Shown here: positions 45,805-55,258 of the stretch, piece by piece
Position numbering within the stretch: the first letter of the stretch is position 1
Layout of the letters: every line of letters starts with the position of its first letter
Assembly: GCA_963717935.1 (NCBI GenBank)
Contig: CAVQXP010000004.1
Location: 480,001 to 544,000 of the forward strand
Reading direction: 5' to 3'
Length of the DNA: 64,000 nt
From: Candidatus Eiseniibacteriota bacterium
GTDB lineage: Bacteria; Eisenbacteria; RBG-16-71-46
Position numbers and translations under genes: made by a program
Notes under the pieces: model-generated
What the model saw: only the letters and a program-made list of their open reading frames with translations
Database searches by the model: none
Told to the model about the DNA's origin: nothing

Positions 45805-47076
45805 ATGCGTCCGCCCGATCCCGCGTCGGCCCCCGCCGCCGGGCCGCCCGATGCCCCGCCCGCGCCGCGCGGGCTCCCGGGCTTGCCGCGCAACGTGGTC
45901 GCGCTGGGCTTCGTCTCGCTGCTGACCGACGTCTCGACCGAGATGATCGCCCCGGTGCTGCCGCTCTTCGTGGTCGGCGTGCTCGGGGCTTCGATGGCGA
46001 GCGTCGGCGTGATCGAAGGCGTGGCCGAGAGCACGGCCGCGCTCATGCGGCTCGGTTCGGGCTGGCTCTCGGACCGCATCGGGCGCCGCAAGCCCTTCCT
46101 GTTCTTCGGTTACGGCATCTCGGCCGCGGCCAAGGCCGCGCTGGCGGTGGCGCTGTCCTGGCCCATGGTGCTGGCGCTGCGCTTCGGCGACCGCGTCGGC
46201 AAGGGACTGCGCAACCCGCCGCGCGACGCGCTCATCGCCGACTCGGTGGAGCCGCGCCACCTGGGGCGCGCGTTCGGCTTCCATCGCGGCCTCGACACGC
46301 TGGGGGCGGCCATCGGGCCGCTGGTCGCCTTCGCCATGCTGCGCGCCTTCCCGGGCGGGTTCCGCCGCATCTTCCTGCTGTCGGTGGTGCCGGCCGCGCT
46401 CTCGCTGGTGGTGCTCGCGGTGTTCGTGCGCGCGAAGCGCCACGAGCCCGCGCGTCTCACGGCGCCGCTCTTCGCCGAGGCCCGGGCCATGGGCGGTCCG
46501 TTCCACCGGTTCCTGCTCGTGGCCGGGCTCTTCTCGCTCGCCAACTCGAGCACCGCCTTCCTGCTGCTGCTCGCCGCCGACCGGTCGCACGGCGCGGGTT
46601 TCACGAGCGCGCAGGTCGTGCTGGTCTACCTGCTCTACAACCTGGTCTACGCGCTGCTCTCCTGGCCGGTGGGCGAGCTCTCCGACCGGATCGGCCGCCG
46701 CTCCATCCTGCTCGGCGCCTACCTGCTGTTCGCCGCGCTCTACGCGCTGCTGGCCTGGCGCGCCGGGGCCGCCCTCGTCATCGCGGGCTTCATCGTCCTC
46801 GGCCTGCACAGCGCGATGCTCGAGGCCTCGCAGCGCAGCATGCTCGGCGACCTGGTCGCGCCGGCGCGCCGCGGCACCGCCTACGGCCTCTACTACACGG
46901 TGATCGGCGTGGCGCTGCTGCCGGCGAGCGTCATCGCCGGCGCGCTCTGGGACCGGCTGGGACCGCGCGCGATGTTCGCGGTGGACGCGGCGATCGCGCT
47001 TCTGGCCGGGCTCCTCTTCGCGGTTCTCCTGCCATCGCGACGCGAGTACAGTGACCGCCATGTCCACGCTGGGTGA
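45805..47076 (+). CDS. MFS transporter
   Basis: 'VSLLTDVSTEMI', 'GWLSDRIGRRK', 'RNPPRDALIADS', 'GRAFGFHR..DT.GA..GP'; about 12 TM segments. Confidence 0.93.
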   Translation: MRPPDPASAPAAGPPDAPPAPRGLPGLPRNVVALGFVSLLTDVSTEMIAPVLPLFVVGVLGASMASVGVIEGVAESTAALMRLGSGWLSDRIGRRKPFLFFGYGISAAAKAALAVALSWPMVLALRFGDRVGKGLRNPPRDALIADSVEPRHLGRAFGFHRGLDTLGAAIGPLVAFAMLRAFPGGFRRIFLLSVVPAALSLVVLAVFVRAKRHEPARLTAPLFAEARAMGGPFHRFLLVAGLFSLANSSTAFLLLLAADRSHGAGFTSAQVVLVYLLYNLVYALLSWPVGELSDRIGRRSILLGAYLLFAALYALLAWRAGAALVIAGFIVLGLHSAMLEASQRSMLGDLVAPARRGTAYGLYYTVIGVALLPASVIAGALWDRLGPRAMFAVDAAIALLAGLLFAVLLPSRREYSDRHVHAG

Positions 47077-48109
47077 GCTGGGGGAGTTCGAGGTCATCCG
47101 CCGCCTGACCGCGGCGCGCCACGGCGCGGGGCGCGAGCGATCCCTTGCCGCGGACCCGCGCGCTGGCGTCGTGATCGGCAGCGGCGACGACGCTGCCGTA
47201 CTGCGCCCGACACCGGGCGCGGACCTGGTCGCGACGACCGACGCCTTCGTCGAGGGCGTGCACTTCCTGCGCGATTGGTGCCCGCCCCGCGTGGCCGGGA
47301 CGCGCCTCGCGCAGGCGAACCTGAGCGACCTCGCGGCCATGGCGGCGACGCCGCGCTGGGCCCTGCTCTCGATCGGCGCGCGTCGGGAGAGCGAGGTCGC
47401 CAGCCTGGCCGCCTTCCAGTCCGGGCTGTCCGAGACGCTGGGGGCCTCCGGTGCGGTGCTGGTGGGGGGGAACCTGACTGCGGTGGCGGGCGCGGAGTGG
47501 TACTCGCTGGCGCTGCTGGGCGAGTGCGAGCGCGGGCGCGAGTGGACACGCTTCGGGGCACGCCCCGGCGATCTGGTCGCGGTGAGCGGTCACCCGGGCC
47601 GCGCGGGCGCGGGCCTCGGGCTCGTCCGTGCGCTGGGCGAAGGGGCGCGCGCGCCGGAGTGGGCGCCGCTCCTCGAAGCGTGGCTCGCGCCGATGGCGCG
47701 CGTGACGCTGGCCCGCGCCCTGCGCGAGACCGGGGCCGTGACGGCGGCGATCGACCTCTCGGACGGCTTCGCCGGGGACCTCGGACACCTGTGCGAATCG
47801 AGCGGCGTGGGGGCCGAGGTGGAGGAGGCCGCGTGGCCGCAAGACGCGCTGCTCGCGCGCGCCGCGGCCGTCCTCGGGGTGGCGCCCGGGGCGCTCTGCT
47901 ACGGGCCGAGCGACGACTACGAGCTGTTGTTCGCCGTGGACCCTGCTGGGCGCGCCGACTGCGAGCGCGCTGCCGGCGCCGCCGGCGTGCCGCTGGCCTT
48001 CGTGGGGCGCTTCACCACGGCCCCCGGGCTGCTCTCGTTGCACGCCCCGGACGGCGTCGCGCGGGCCCTCGACCGCGCGGGCCACGACCACTTCGGGACC
48101 GCCGGCTGA
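47060..48109 (+). CDS. thiL: Thiamine-monophosphate kinase
   Basis: GEFEVI, GDDAAV, TTD.FVEGVHF, NLSDLAAM, GGN, IDLSDG, DDYELLF. Confidence 0.95.
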   Translation: MSTLGELGEFEVIRRLTAARHGAGRERSLAADPRAGVVIGSGDDAAVLRPTPGADLVATTDAFVEGVHFLRDWCPPRVAGTRLAQANLSDLAAMAATPRWALLSIGARRESEVASLAAFQSGLSETLGASGAVLVGGNLTAVAGAEWYSLALLGECERGREWTRFGARPGDLVAVSGHPGRAGAGLGLVRALGEGARAPEWAPLLEAWLAPMARVTLARALRETGAVTAAIDLSDGFAGDLGHLCESSGVGAEVEEAAWPQDALLARAAAVLGVAPGALCYGPSDDYELLFAVDPAGRADCERAAGAAGVPLAFVGRFTTAPGLLSLHAPDGVARALDRAGHDHFGTAG

Positions 48110-48177
48110 CGGCTCGGCGGCGGCGCTGCCCGAGGAGCCCGGGGGTGCCGGCGGCCGGCGTGCCGGGCTCCTCGGGC

Positions 48178-48723
48178 TCAGGACGAGGGGAAGAGGCTCC
48201 CGGTTCGGCCGGCGGGGTGCGCGAAGCGGGCCTCGAGGTCCAGCAGCTTGCGCTTGCGGAGGAGGCCCCCGCCATAGCCCGCGAGACTCCCGTCCGCGCC
48301 GATGACGCGGTGGCACGGCACGATGATGGGGACCGGGTTGTGATTGTTCGCCAGCCCGACCGCGCGTGCCGCCCCGGGCTGACCGAGCGCCCTGGCGATC
48401 TGCCCGTAGGCGCGGGTCTCGCCGTAGGGGATCCTGCACAGCGCTCGCCAGACCCCGAGTTGGAACTCGGTCCCGGTGAGGTCCAGCGGGAGATCGAACC
48501 TCGTGAGGTTCCCGCAGAAGTAGTCGTCAAGCTGGCTCACGACCGGCTTGAGCTCGAGCAGCGACGGTTCCCACTTCGCGTCGGGGACGGCCTCGGCGTG
48601 GGCGGCGAAAGCCCGCTTGAGGCTCTTGCGCTCCAGGAAATCCACGAAGCGCAGGCCGCGCGCGGTGCGGGCCAGGAAGAGCAGCCCGAGGGGCGAGGAC
48701 ATGACATGGTAGGCGAGCCTCAC
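48178..48723 (-). CDS. ogt: Methylated-DNA--protein-cysteine methyltransferase
   Basis: GTEFQ.VW..L..IPYGETR.Y, ARAVG.AN..NP, PCHRV, GYGGG. Confidence 0.95.
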   Translation of the reverse strand: MRLAYHVMSSPLGLLFLARTARGLRFVDFLERKSLKRAFAAHAEAVPDAKWEPSLLELKPVVSQLDDYFCGNLTRFDLPLDLTGTEFQLGVWRALCRIPYGETRAYGQIARALGQPGAARAVGLANNHNPVPIIVPCHRVIGADGSLAGYGGGLLRKRKLLDLEARFAHPAGRTGSLFPSS

Positions 48724-48770
48724 GCCTGCAAGCATAGCCGAGGCCGGAGCCAGGAGCCAACCGCAGACGC

Positions 48771-49454
48771 TCAGTCCTTCCCGAACGGCCCCCAGCGTCC
48801 CACGCGGGCGCGGTAGCTCCGGTATTCGTCGCCGAAGCTGGCCTCGAGCGCTGCTTCCTCGCGGACCACACGTGCCGACGTCGCGAGTGCCATCACGACC
48901 ACCAGCGGGAGCGTGACCGCGCTGCCGAAGGCCAGGACCGCGCCCAGGTTCGAGAGGCAGGCGCCGGCGTAACCGGGGTGGCGCAGCCAGGCGTAGACCC
49001 CGCCGGACTCGAGGGCGTGTTCGCGCTGCACCTCGATGACGGGGGAGAAGCGCGCGCCCAGCCGCTGCATGGCGAGGACGCGCAGGAGCAAGCCCGCGCC
49101 CGCCAGCGCCACGCCCGCCCAGCGCAGGATCTCGCCACCGGGAAGCGGCCAGACGCCGACGCGCTCGCTCCAGGCCGAGAGCATCGGGGTCAGGAGCGGC
49201 ACGAGCACCAGGGTGACGAGCACGAAGCGCTGATCCGCGCGCCGCTCCCGCGGGTCGCGCGCGCGGCGGCGGCCCCGCCCCGCGAGCGCCCCGTAGCCCG
49301 CCGCCCAGACGACGAGCAGCCCCACGGCGCGCGGGTGATGCAGCAGCGCGTGCGCGCCCCCGACGCCCACCGCGAGCAGTGCGGCGTCGAGGACCAGCAT
49401 GAGGGCGCTGCCGAAGAGCGAGAGCGCGGGATTCGGCGCGGCCGGCGCGGTCAC
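48771..49454 (-). CDS. Isoprenylcysteine carboxylmethyltransferase (ICMT/Ste14)-family membrane protein
   Basis: 'LG..FS......H.L...GVY..LRHPGY.G', 'EE..L...FG.EY..YR'. Confidence 0.88.
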   Translation of the reverse strand: MTAPAAPNPALSLFGSALMLVLDAALLAVGVGGAHALLHHPRAVGLLVVWAAGYGALAGRGRRRARDPRERRADQRFVLVTLVLVPLLTPMLSAWSERVGVWPLPGGEILRWAGVALAGAGLLLRVLAMQRLGARFSPVIEVQREHALESGGVYAWLRHPGYAGACLSNLGAVLAFGSAVTLPLVVVMALATSARVVREEAALEASFGDEYRSYRARVGRWGPFGKD

Positions 49455-50812
49455 TCGATCACCAACTCCAGCCTCTCCCAGTCGATCGTCATGCGCTGCC
49501 CGCTCAGGAACTCACTCGAGAGCAGCGCGTCGCGGCGCACGCCGTGCCGCCACAGCTCGGCGGAGTCGAGCGCGCCGGACCAGCCGGCCACCTTGTCCTT
49601 CACGACCGGGCCCACCGCGACGGTGGCCACCTGCACGCCAGCCCAGGAGTTCCCCTGGAGCCGGGCGCCGGCCGACCGCACGGCGCGCGCGATCGCGCCG
49701 GGCCGCACGCCGAATTCCTCGAACACCTCGGACGGGGCGCCCACGCCACAGCCGGGCACGGCGGTCTGGAGCACCATGGCCATGCGGCGCCCGTCGTTGA
49801 GCGAGCCGTAGACGGTGAGTTCCCGCTCGCCCCAGAGCTCGAACGGGATGCGCAGCGCCCCGGCGCTCGCGGGGATGGTCGCGCCCGCGGGCTGCAGGAC
49901 GAGCGCGCACTTGCGGTAGTCGAAGGTGGGCGTGAAGCGCGAGAGCAGGTTGAGCCCGATCACCCCGTCGACGCGCTCGCCGTCGGGATTGGCCTCGAGG
50001 CTCCAGCGCCGCAGGGCCGTGGCCGCGGCGGGGATGCGCTCGATCCGCAGCCTGCCCAACTCGAGGCGCTGCACCAGCGCCACGCGCGCGGCGACGCGCG
50101 TGCCGCCCCAGAAGACCGGCATCTGCTCGGGCATGAGCGTCACGCCGCAGCGCCGGGCCGCCGTGGGGTCGAGGACCAGGTCGGCGACACCCGTGTCGAT
50201 CGCGAGCAGCACGTTCTGTCCGTTGAGCTTCGCCTTCACGATCGGCACGGGCCAGCAGCGGATCCACGGGATCCGGACCGGACCGGCTCCCGCGATCCTC
50301 CAGGCGCCCTCGGGTTCGGTGAGCCGGCGCAGCAGCGCCGCGCGGCCGGGCTGTCCCGCCTGCTCGGCGAGCGCGGCGGCCTCCCCCCAGCGGCCGAGGC
50401 GCAGGCGCGCGGCGAGCAGGTCCTCCGTGGCGCCGTCCACGCGGCCCGCGACGGGCGCGAGCAGGCTCTCGGCGAGCGCGGGCGAGCCGCGGAAGAGGGC
50501 GATCTTGCCGAGCCCGGCCGCGGCGGTCTCGTCCCCGGGTGCGAGGGCGACGACGCGCGCGAACAACCGCCGCGCCTCATCGAGGTTCGCGAGCCTGAGG
50601 TGGGCCACCGCCAGGGAGTCCAGGTGGGCCGCCGCGAGCGGCCTGCCCACCGTGTCGCGTACGGCGAGCCGCAGGGCCAGCTGGGCGTCGCGGAACGAAG
50701 GGTCGGGCTGAAGCCAGTCGGCGCGGGCGGGCGCCGTCGGGGCCGAGGCCAGCCCCAGCGCCGCGACGAGCGCGAGGGCCGGGACGAGGAAGACGGGATG
50801 GATGCGCATCAT
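49451..50812 (-). CDS. Secreted TPR plus retropepsin-like aspartyl protease domain protein
   Basis: Signal peptide; TPR-like helices; 'PIVKAKLNG....LAIDTG', 'DGVIGLNLL....FDY'; second lobe ends 'ALLSSEFL....TIDW'. Confidence 0.75.
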   Translation of the reverse strand: MMRIHPVFLVPALALVAALGLASAPTAPARADWLQPDPSFRDAQLALRLAVRDTVGRPLAAAHLDSLAVAHLRLANLDEARRLFARVVALAPGDETAAAGLGKIALFRGSPALAESLLAPVAGRVDGATEDLLAARLRLGRWGEAAALAEQAGQPGRAALLRRLTEPEGAWRIAGAGPVRIPWIRCWPVPIVKAKLNGQNVLLAIDTGVADLVLDPTAARRCGVTLMPEQMPVFWGGTRVAARVALVQRLELGRLRIERIPAAATALRRWSLEANPDGERVDGVIGLNLLSRFTPTFDYRKCALVLQPAGATIPASAGALRIPFELWGERELTVYGSLNDGRRMAMVLQTAVPGCGVGAPSEVFEEFGVRPGAIARAVRSAGARLQGNSWAGVQVATVAVGPVVKDKVAGWSGALDSAELWRHGVRRDALLSSEFLSGQRMTIDWERLELVIE

Positions 50813-51987
50813 GCCTCCAGGAAGCGGCGGGCCACGCGCAGCAGCACCTCCGCGCCGATCTCGATGCAGCCTTCGTCCACGTCGAAGCGCGGATGGTGGT
50901 GCATGTGGGTCAGGCCCTTCTGCTCGTTGCGTGAGCCGACGGCCAGGAACGCGCCCGGCACTTCGTGCAGGAAGACCGAGAAGTCCTCGCCGCCCATGGT
51001 CCGGATGTCGGTGACCACGTTCTCGCGGCCCACCACCTCGGCCGCGGCCTCGTGGGCCAGTTCGGCCATGGCGGGGTCGTTCACGGTGGGCAGGTTGTGG
51101 CGCGTGTAGGCCACCTCGGCCGTGCAGCCCAGCGCTCCGGCCACACCGTGCACGATGCGCTCGAAGCGCCCGGGCAGCTCCCGCCACAGGGTGGTGTCGA
51201 AGGTGCGGACCGTGCCGTTCATCCACGCGCTCTCGGGGATGATGTTGAACGCGGTGCCGGCGCGCACCTGGGTCACGCTCAGCACCACCTCGAGCAGCGG
51301 GTCGGTGGTGCGGCTCGCGACGGTCTGCAGGGCGGTGATGACGTGGGCCAGGGCCACCACGGGGTCGATGCCCTGGTGCGGTGCGGCCGCGTGCGCGCCG
51401 CGGCCGGTGACGGTCACCGCGAAGTCGTCCACCGAGGCCATCCAGCCGCCGCGGGTCACCCCGACCTTGCCGACCGCGAGGTCCTGCCAGACGTGCACGC
51501 CGAAGGCCGCATCCACCTTCGGATCGCGCAGCACGCCGTCGGCGACCATGCCGAGCGCGCCGCCGCCCTGTTCCTCGGCGGGCTGGAAGCAGAGTTTCAC
51601 CGCGCCGGGGAGCGAGGGCGCCTGCCGCACGAGCTGCTTCGCGACGCCGAGCAGTCCCGCGACGTGGCAATCGTGGCCGCAGGCGTGCATCCGGCCCTCG
51701 GTCCGCGAGCGGTAGGGGACGTCGTTCTCCTCCTGCATGGGCAGCGCATCCATGTCGGCGCGCAGCAGGACCGTCCTGCCGGGGCGAGCGCCATGGACGG
51801 TGGCCACCACGCCCGTGCGGCCCACTCCCGTGCGCGGCTCCAGCCCCAGCGCGCGGAGCCGCTCGGCGACGAGCGCCGCGGTGCGCGTTTCCTCGAAGGC
51901 GACCTCCGGATGCGCGTGCAGGTCGCGACGGACCCCGACCATCTCCTGGACGTCGGTGGCGCTGAGGATGCGGCTTGGATCGTTCAT
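50809..51987 (-). CDS. M20D family amidohydrolase
   Basis: RRDLH.HPE, LRADMDAL, MHACGHD, FQPAEE, GGEDF, HHPRF. Confidence 0.95.
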   Translation of the reverse strand: MNDPSRILSATDVQEMVGVRRDLHAHPEVAFEETRTAALVAERLRALGLEPRTGVGRTGVVATVHGARPGRTVLLRADMDALPMQEENDVPYRSRTEGRMHACGHDCHVAGLLGVAKQLVRQAPSLPGAVKLCFQPAEEQGGGALGMVADGVLRDPKVDAAFGVHVWQDLAVGKVGVTRGGWMASVDDFAVTVTGRGAHAAAPHQGIDPVVALAHVITALQTVASRTTDPLLEVVLSVTQVRAGTAFNIIPESAWMNGTVRTFDTTLWRELPGRFERIVHGVAGALGCTAEVAYTRHNLPTVNDPAMAELAHEAAAEVVGRENVVTDIRTMGGEDFSVFLHEVPGAFLAVGSRNEQKGLTHMHHHPRFDVDEGCIEIGAEVLLRVARRFLEA

Positions 51988-52149
51988 GAGGCCCCCCGTG
52001 CGGACCGCGCGCTCCGGGGATGGACCGCGCGAGCCCGCAGGCGGTCGCCATAGTAGCGCCGTGGCTCCGCGGGCCGCCACCGCGACCGGAAAACGGGGGC
52101 GGGCCGGGGGTGCTTCCCCGGCCCGCCCGGCGTTCCCGTCTGTGGCGGC

Positions 52150-53658
52150 CTACGGCGTGGCCGTGGTGTCCGCGGGCACCGCCTCGTCCTGCTCCAGCAG
52201 GCGCCGGCGCTCGACTTCCTTCTTCAGCACTTCCTTGTTGAGCACCGTGAACTCGACCCGGCGGTTCTGCGCCTTGTTCTCGTCGCTGATGTTCGGGACC
52301 AGCGGCCGGTCCTTGCCGTAGCCCTTCACCGTGAAGCGCGTGCTGTCGAGCGCCGCGTACTTGTCCTTCATGTACGACAGCACCGACTCCGCTCGCAGGA
52401 GCGAGAGCTTCCTGTTCGGCGCCGCACCACCGACGTTGTCCGTGTGGCCGCCGACCTCGATCCTGAGCTGTGGCCACTGCGTCAGCAGGGTCCCGACCAC
52501 GTCCAGGGCCGGGAAGGACTCGGGCTGCAGGGTGGCCTTGCCGGAGTCGAACGAGATGTTCTGGAGCCGGATCTTGCCGGTGTCCATCAGCTCCGTCTCG
52601 CGCTCGATCAACTCGATCGGGCAGCCCCGCTCGTCCACCTGGAGGCCGGCCGGGGTGTCCGGGCACGCGTCCACGCCGTCGCAGACGCCGTCGCCGTCCG
52701 CGTCCAACGGACAGCCCCTCGCGTCCAGGGTGCAACCCGTCGGCGTGTCGGCGCACTGGTCGATGCCGTCCAGGACGCCGTCACCATCCGTGTCCGAGGG
52801 GCAGCCCTTCGCGTCCACCGTGGCGCCCTTCGGGGTGTCGGCGCACTGGTCCAGCCCGTCGCAGACGCCGTCGCCGTCCGCGTCCGTCTGGCAACCAGCC
52901 CCGTCCACGGTGCAGCCCTTCGGGGTGTCCGTGCACTTGTCGAGCCCGTCGAAGACGGCATCGCCGTCGGTGTCGATCGGGCAGCCCCTCGCGTCCACCG
53001 TCGCACCGCGCGGGGTGTCCGGGCACTTGTCACGGCTGTCGGGCACGGCGTCGCCGTCGGTGTCACGGCCCTTCGCGCCGATGGCGAGCGTCAGGCCGGC
53101 GCTCACCGTGAGGTAGTTCACGCTGGGCGCGCCCTGGGTCTCCTTGGGCAGCCAGTGGGCCTCGCGCGCCTCGAGCCTCACACCGAGGGCGTCGGTCAGC
53201 CAGAGCCGCAGGCCGCCGCCGGCTTCCAGCAGGCCCTGGTTGAAGTGGGCCGCGTCGCCCGAAACCGCGGCGGTCTCGGTCGCGCTCAGGCGACCGGCGC
53301 CCCCGCCGAGGAAGAAGTAGGGCCCGCCGACGCGGGTCGCCCATGGGCTCATGACCAGGTTCGCCGTGGCGTGGAGGAACGAAACGTTCGTCCCGCCCAC
53401 CAGGTCCTCGGCGGTGGGCGTCACACCGCCCGCCAGCTCGAGGGCCCACAGCGGCCCGCGCTGGTAGCCGAGCCGGCCGCCGACGTAGAGCTTGTCTGCC
53501 AGGGGATGGCCGTCGGGCCAGTTGAAATCGCCATCGAAGAGCGTGAAGCCCCCCATCGGGGACAGGTAGAGGTAACGCCCGACGGGATCCGCCGTGGCTG
53601 CCTGCGCCGCGAACAGGGCGACGACGGCCAGCAGCACGGGCCAGAGACGCGCGCGCAT
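52150..53658 (-). CDS. OmpA family protein: beta-barrel, thrombospondin type-3-like Ca-binding repeats, OmpA_C domain
   Basis: Signal peptide; five 'D.DGD.V.D..D.C..TP.G..VD..GC' repeats; 'GHTD..G....N..LS..RA', 'NRRVEF'. Confidence 0.93.
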   Translation of the reverse strand: MRARLWPVLLAVVALFAAQAATADPVGRYLYLSPMGGFTLFDGDFNWPDGHPLADKLYVGGRLGYQRGPLWALELAGGVTPTAEDLVGGTNVSFLHATANLVMSPWATRVGGPYFFLGGGAGRLSATETAAVSGDAAHFNQGLLEAGGGLRLWLTDALGVRLEAREAHWLPKETQGAPSVNYLTVSAGLTLAIGAKGRDTDGDAVPDSRDKCPDTPRGATVDARGCPIDTDGDAVFDGLDKCTDTPKGCTVDGAGCQTDADGDGVCDGLDQCADTPKGATVDAKGCPSDTDGDGVLDGIDQCADTPTGCTLDARGCPLDADGDGVCDGVDACPDTPAGLQVDERGCPIELIERETELMDTGKIRLQNISFDSGKATLQPESFPALDVVGTLLTQWPQLRIEVGGHTDNVGGAAPNRKLSLLRAESVLSYMKDKYAALDSTRFTVKGYGKDRPLVPNISDENKAQNRRVEFTVLNKEVLKKEVERRRLLEQDEAVPADTTATP

Positions 53659-53822
53659 CGAATTCTCCTTGGGTAAAGGGACCGCCCGGAGCGCGGTGGT
53701 TCCGCGCCCGGACGTCACAGACTTCGCGACGATACCGAGCGGAATGGGCGCTGGCAAGCGCCCGGCCCGGTCAGGGGGGCTGCGGCGCGGCCGGCGCCGG
53801 CCCGCGGCCCCCGCCCGCCCGG

Positions 53823-55094
53823 TCAAAACGTCGTCTGCAGCGACAGGAAGCCCTTGTCGTGGTGGTGCCAGATCTCGTAGCGCTCGGGATCGAGTTCGAA
53901 GCCCTCGACGCCGCTCACCGAGACCCGGCCGAAGCGCGCCACGAGCCCGAAGTAGGCGCGCGATTCGTTGCGGGTGCCGTGGGAGAAGGAACCGGTCTCG
54001 CCGGACTTGCTGACGCTCGCGCGGTCGAAGAGGCCTCCCAGCCGCACGGTGAGATCCGCCCGCGCCGCCCAGCGAGCTTCGAGCTGGAGCGCGCGGTCGA
54101 TCGCGCGGAAGCGGGCGTCGGCGAGCGGCGGCCGGTAGCTCTGCATGCGGTCCACGTAGAGCCAGCGCCCCTCGATGGCGACGTCCCGCCACGGCGAGCG
54201 GCGAGCGGCCAGCTCGACCTGCCACATGCGGCGCGACCTGCGCGCGTCCCCCACGGAGAGGTCGAGGAGTTGATCGGTGCTGCGGGCCTGCCGGTTCTCG
54301 GTGCGCGCCATCCAGGTGGTGCCCAGCGCCCGCGCCTCGAGCGCGGCAGAGCCCCGGGCGCCCCACAGCGACTGTACCCGCCCGGGTTCCGGATCGCCGT
54401 AGGAGCCCACGCGCTTGCGGGCGAGCGTGAGCCACTTGCCCTCGGTCTCCAGGCGCCAGCGCGCCCGCCGCAGCGCGGCCTTGAAGGCGGGCTCCCAGGG
54501 GTGCCGGTCGTACGGGGCGCCGCTCTCGCCCACCCGGGTCTGGCGCCAGACCCACAGGTTGTTGAAGAGGTCTTCGAGCCCGTAGACGAGCCTCAGTTGA
54601 TTGCGGGTGGTGTCGGCGCCCAGCTCCCACAGGAGCGCGAAATCCTGGCGCGACTTGTCGTAGTAGGGCCGGAACATCACTCCCAGCGTGCCCGCGCGCT
54701 GCGGGAACAGGAACCACAACTCGAGGTTCTCGTAAGTGGCCAGGTCACTCTCGACCTGGTCGAACCGCAAACCGAAGCGCGCGCGGCGCCCGAGCGGGGA
54801 CACGAGCTTCAACTCGGTGTCCGTGTACCACTGCCCCGAGGTGAAGCAGCCCTGCGAGGTGCGAAGGGCCTGCGGCGCCCGGTCCCACTCGTCGCGCCAC
54901 TCGGCCGGCCGGCGCACGAGCAGGTGATCGAGGAGGCTTTCGTCATCCTCCTCTGGACGCTCGACGTCGAAGGAGGAGAATTCCTCGGTCGAGGCGCCGG
55001 CGGGCGCCGGGTGCGCGGCGGGAAGCAGCGCCCACGCGAGCGCCAGCGCGAGCAGGCGCCGCACGCGCCGGCGGGTGCGCGGCCGTGGGTCCAT
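53823..55094 (-). CDS. Hypothetical outer-membrane beta-barrel-like protein
   Basis: Signal peptide; aromatic amphipathic strands; C-terminal 'FLSLQTTF'. Confidence 0.65.
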   Translation of the reverse strand: MDPRPRTRRRVRRLLALALAWALLPAAHPAPAGASTEEFSSFDVERPEEDDESLLDHLLVRRPAEWRDEWDRAPQALRTSQGCFTSGQWYTDTELKLVSPLGRRARFGLRFDQVESDLATYENLELWFLFPQRAGTLGVMFRPYYDKSRQDFALLWELGADTTRNQLRLVYGLEDLFNNLWVWRQTRVGESGAPYDRHPWEPAFKAALRRARWRLETEGKWLTLARKRVGSYGDPEPGRVQSLWGARGSAALEARALGTTWMARTENRQARSTDQLLDLSVGDARRSRRMWQVELAARRSPWRDVAIEGRWLYVDRMQSYRPPLADARFRAIDRALQLEARWAARADLTVRLGGLFDRASVSKSGETGSFSHGTRNESRAYFGLVARFGRVSVSGVEGFELDPERYEIWHHHDKGFLSLQTTF

Positions 55095-55258
55095 CGGGTC
55101 TTCCTCCGCTCGTGCGCGCGCCGGTTCCACGCGTGGTGCGGGGTGCTCCACGCCGGGGCCGGCGCATTGTATAGTCCGGACGGTCGCGAACGCCAAGAAC
55201 TCCGCTTCCCTGCGGGCCCCGCCGGGGCCTGCACGCCACCCCGCGAGGGCCGTCGTCC

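Noticed and set aside
52620..53070. DNA repeat array
   Set aside because: These are in-frame coding repeats (thrombospondin type-3-like units) of the OmpA protein.
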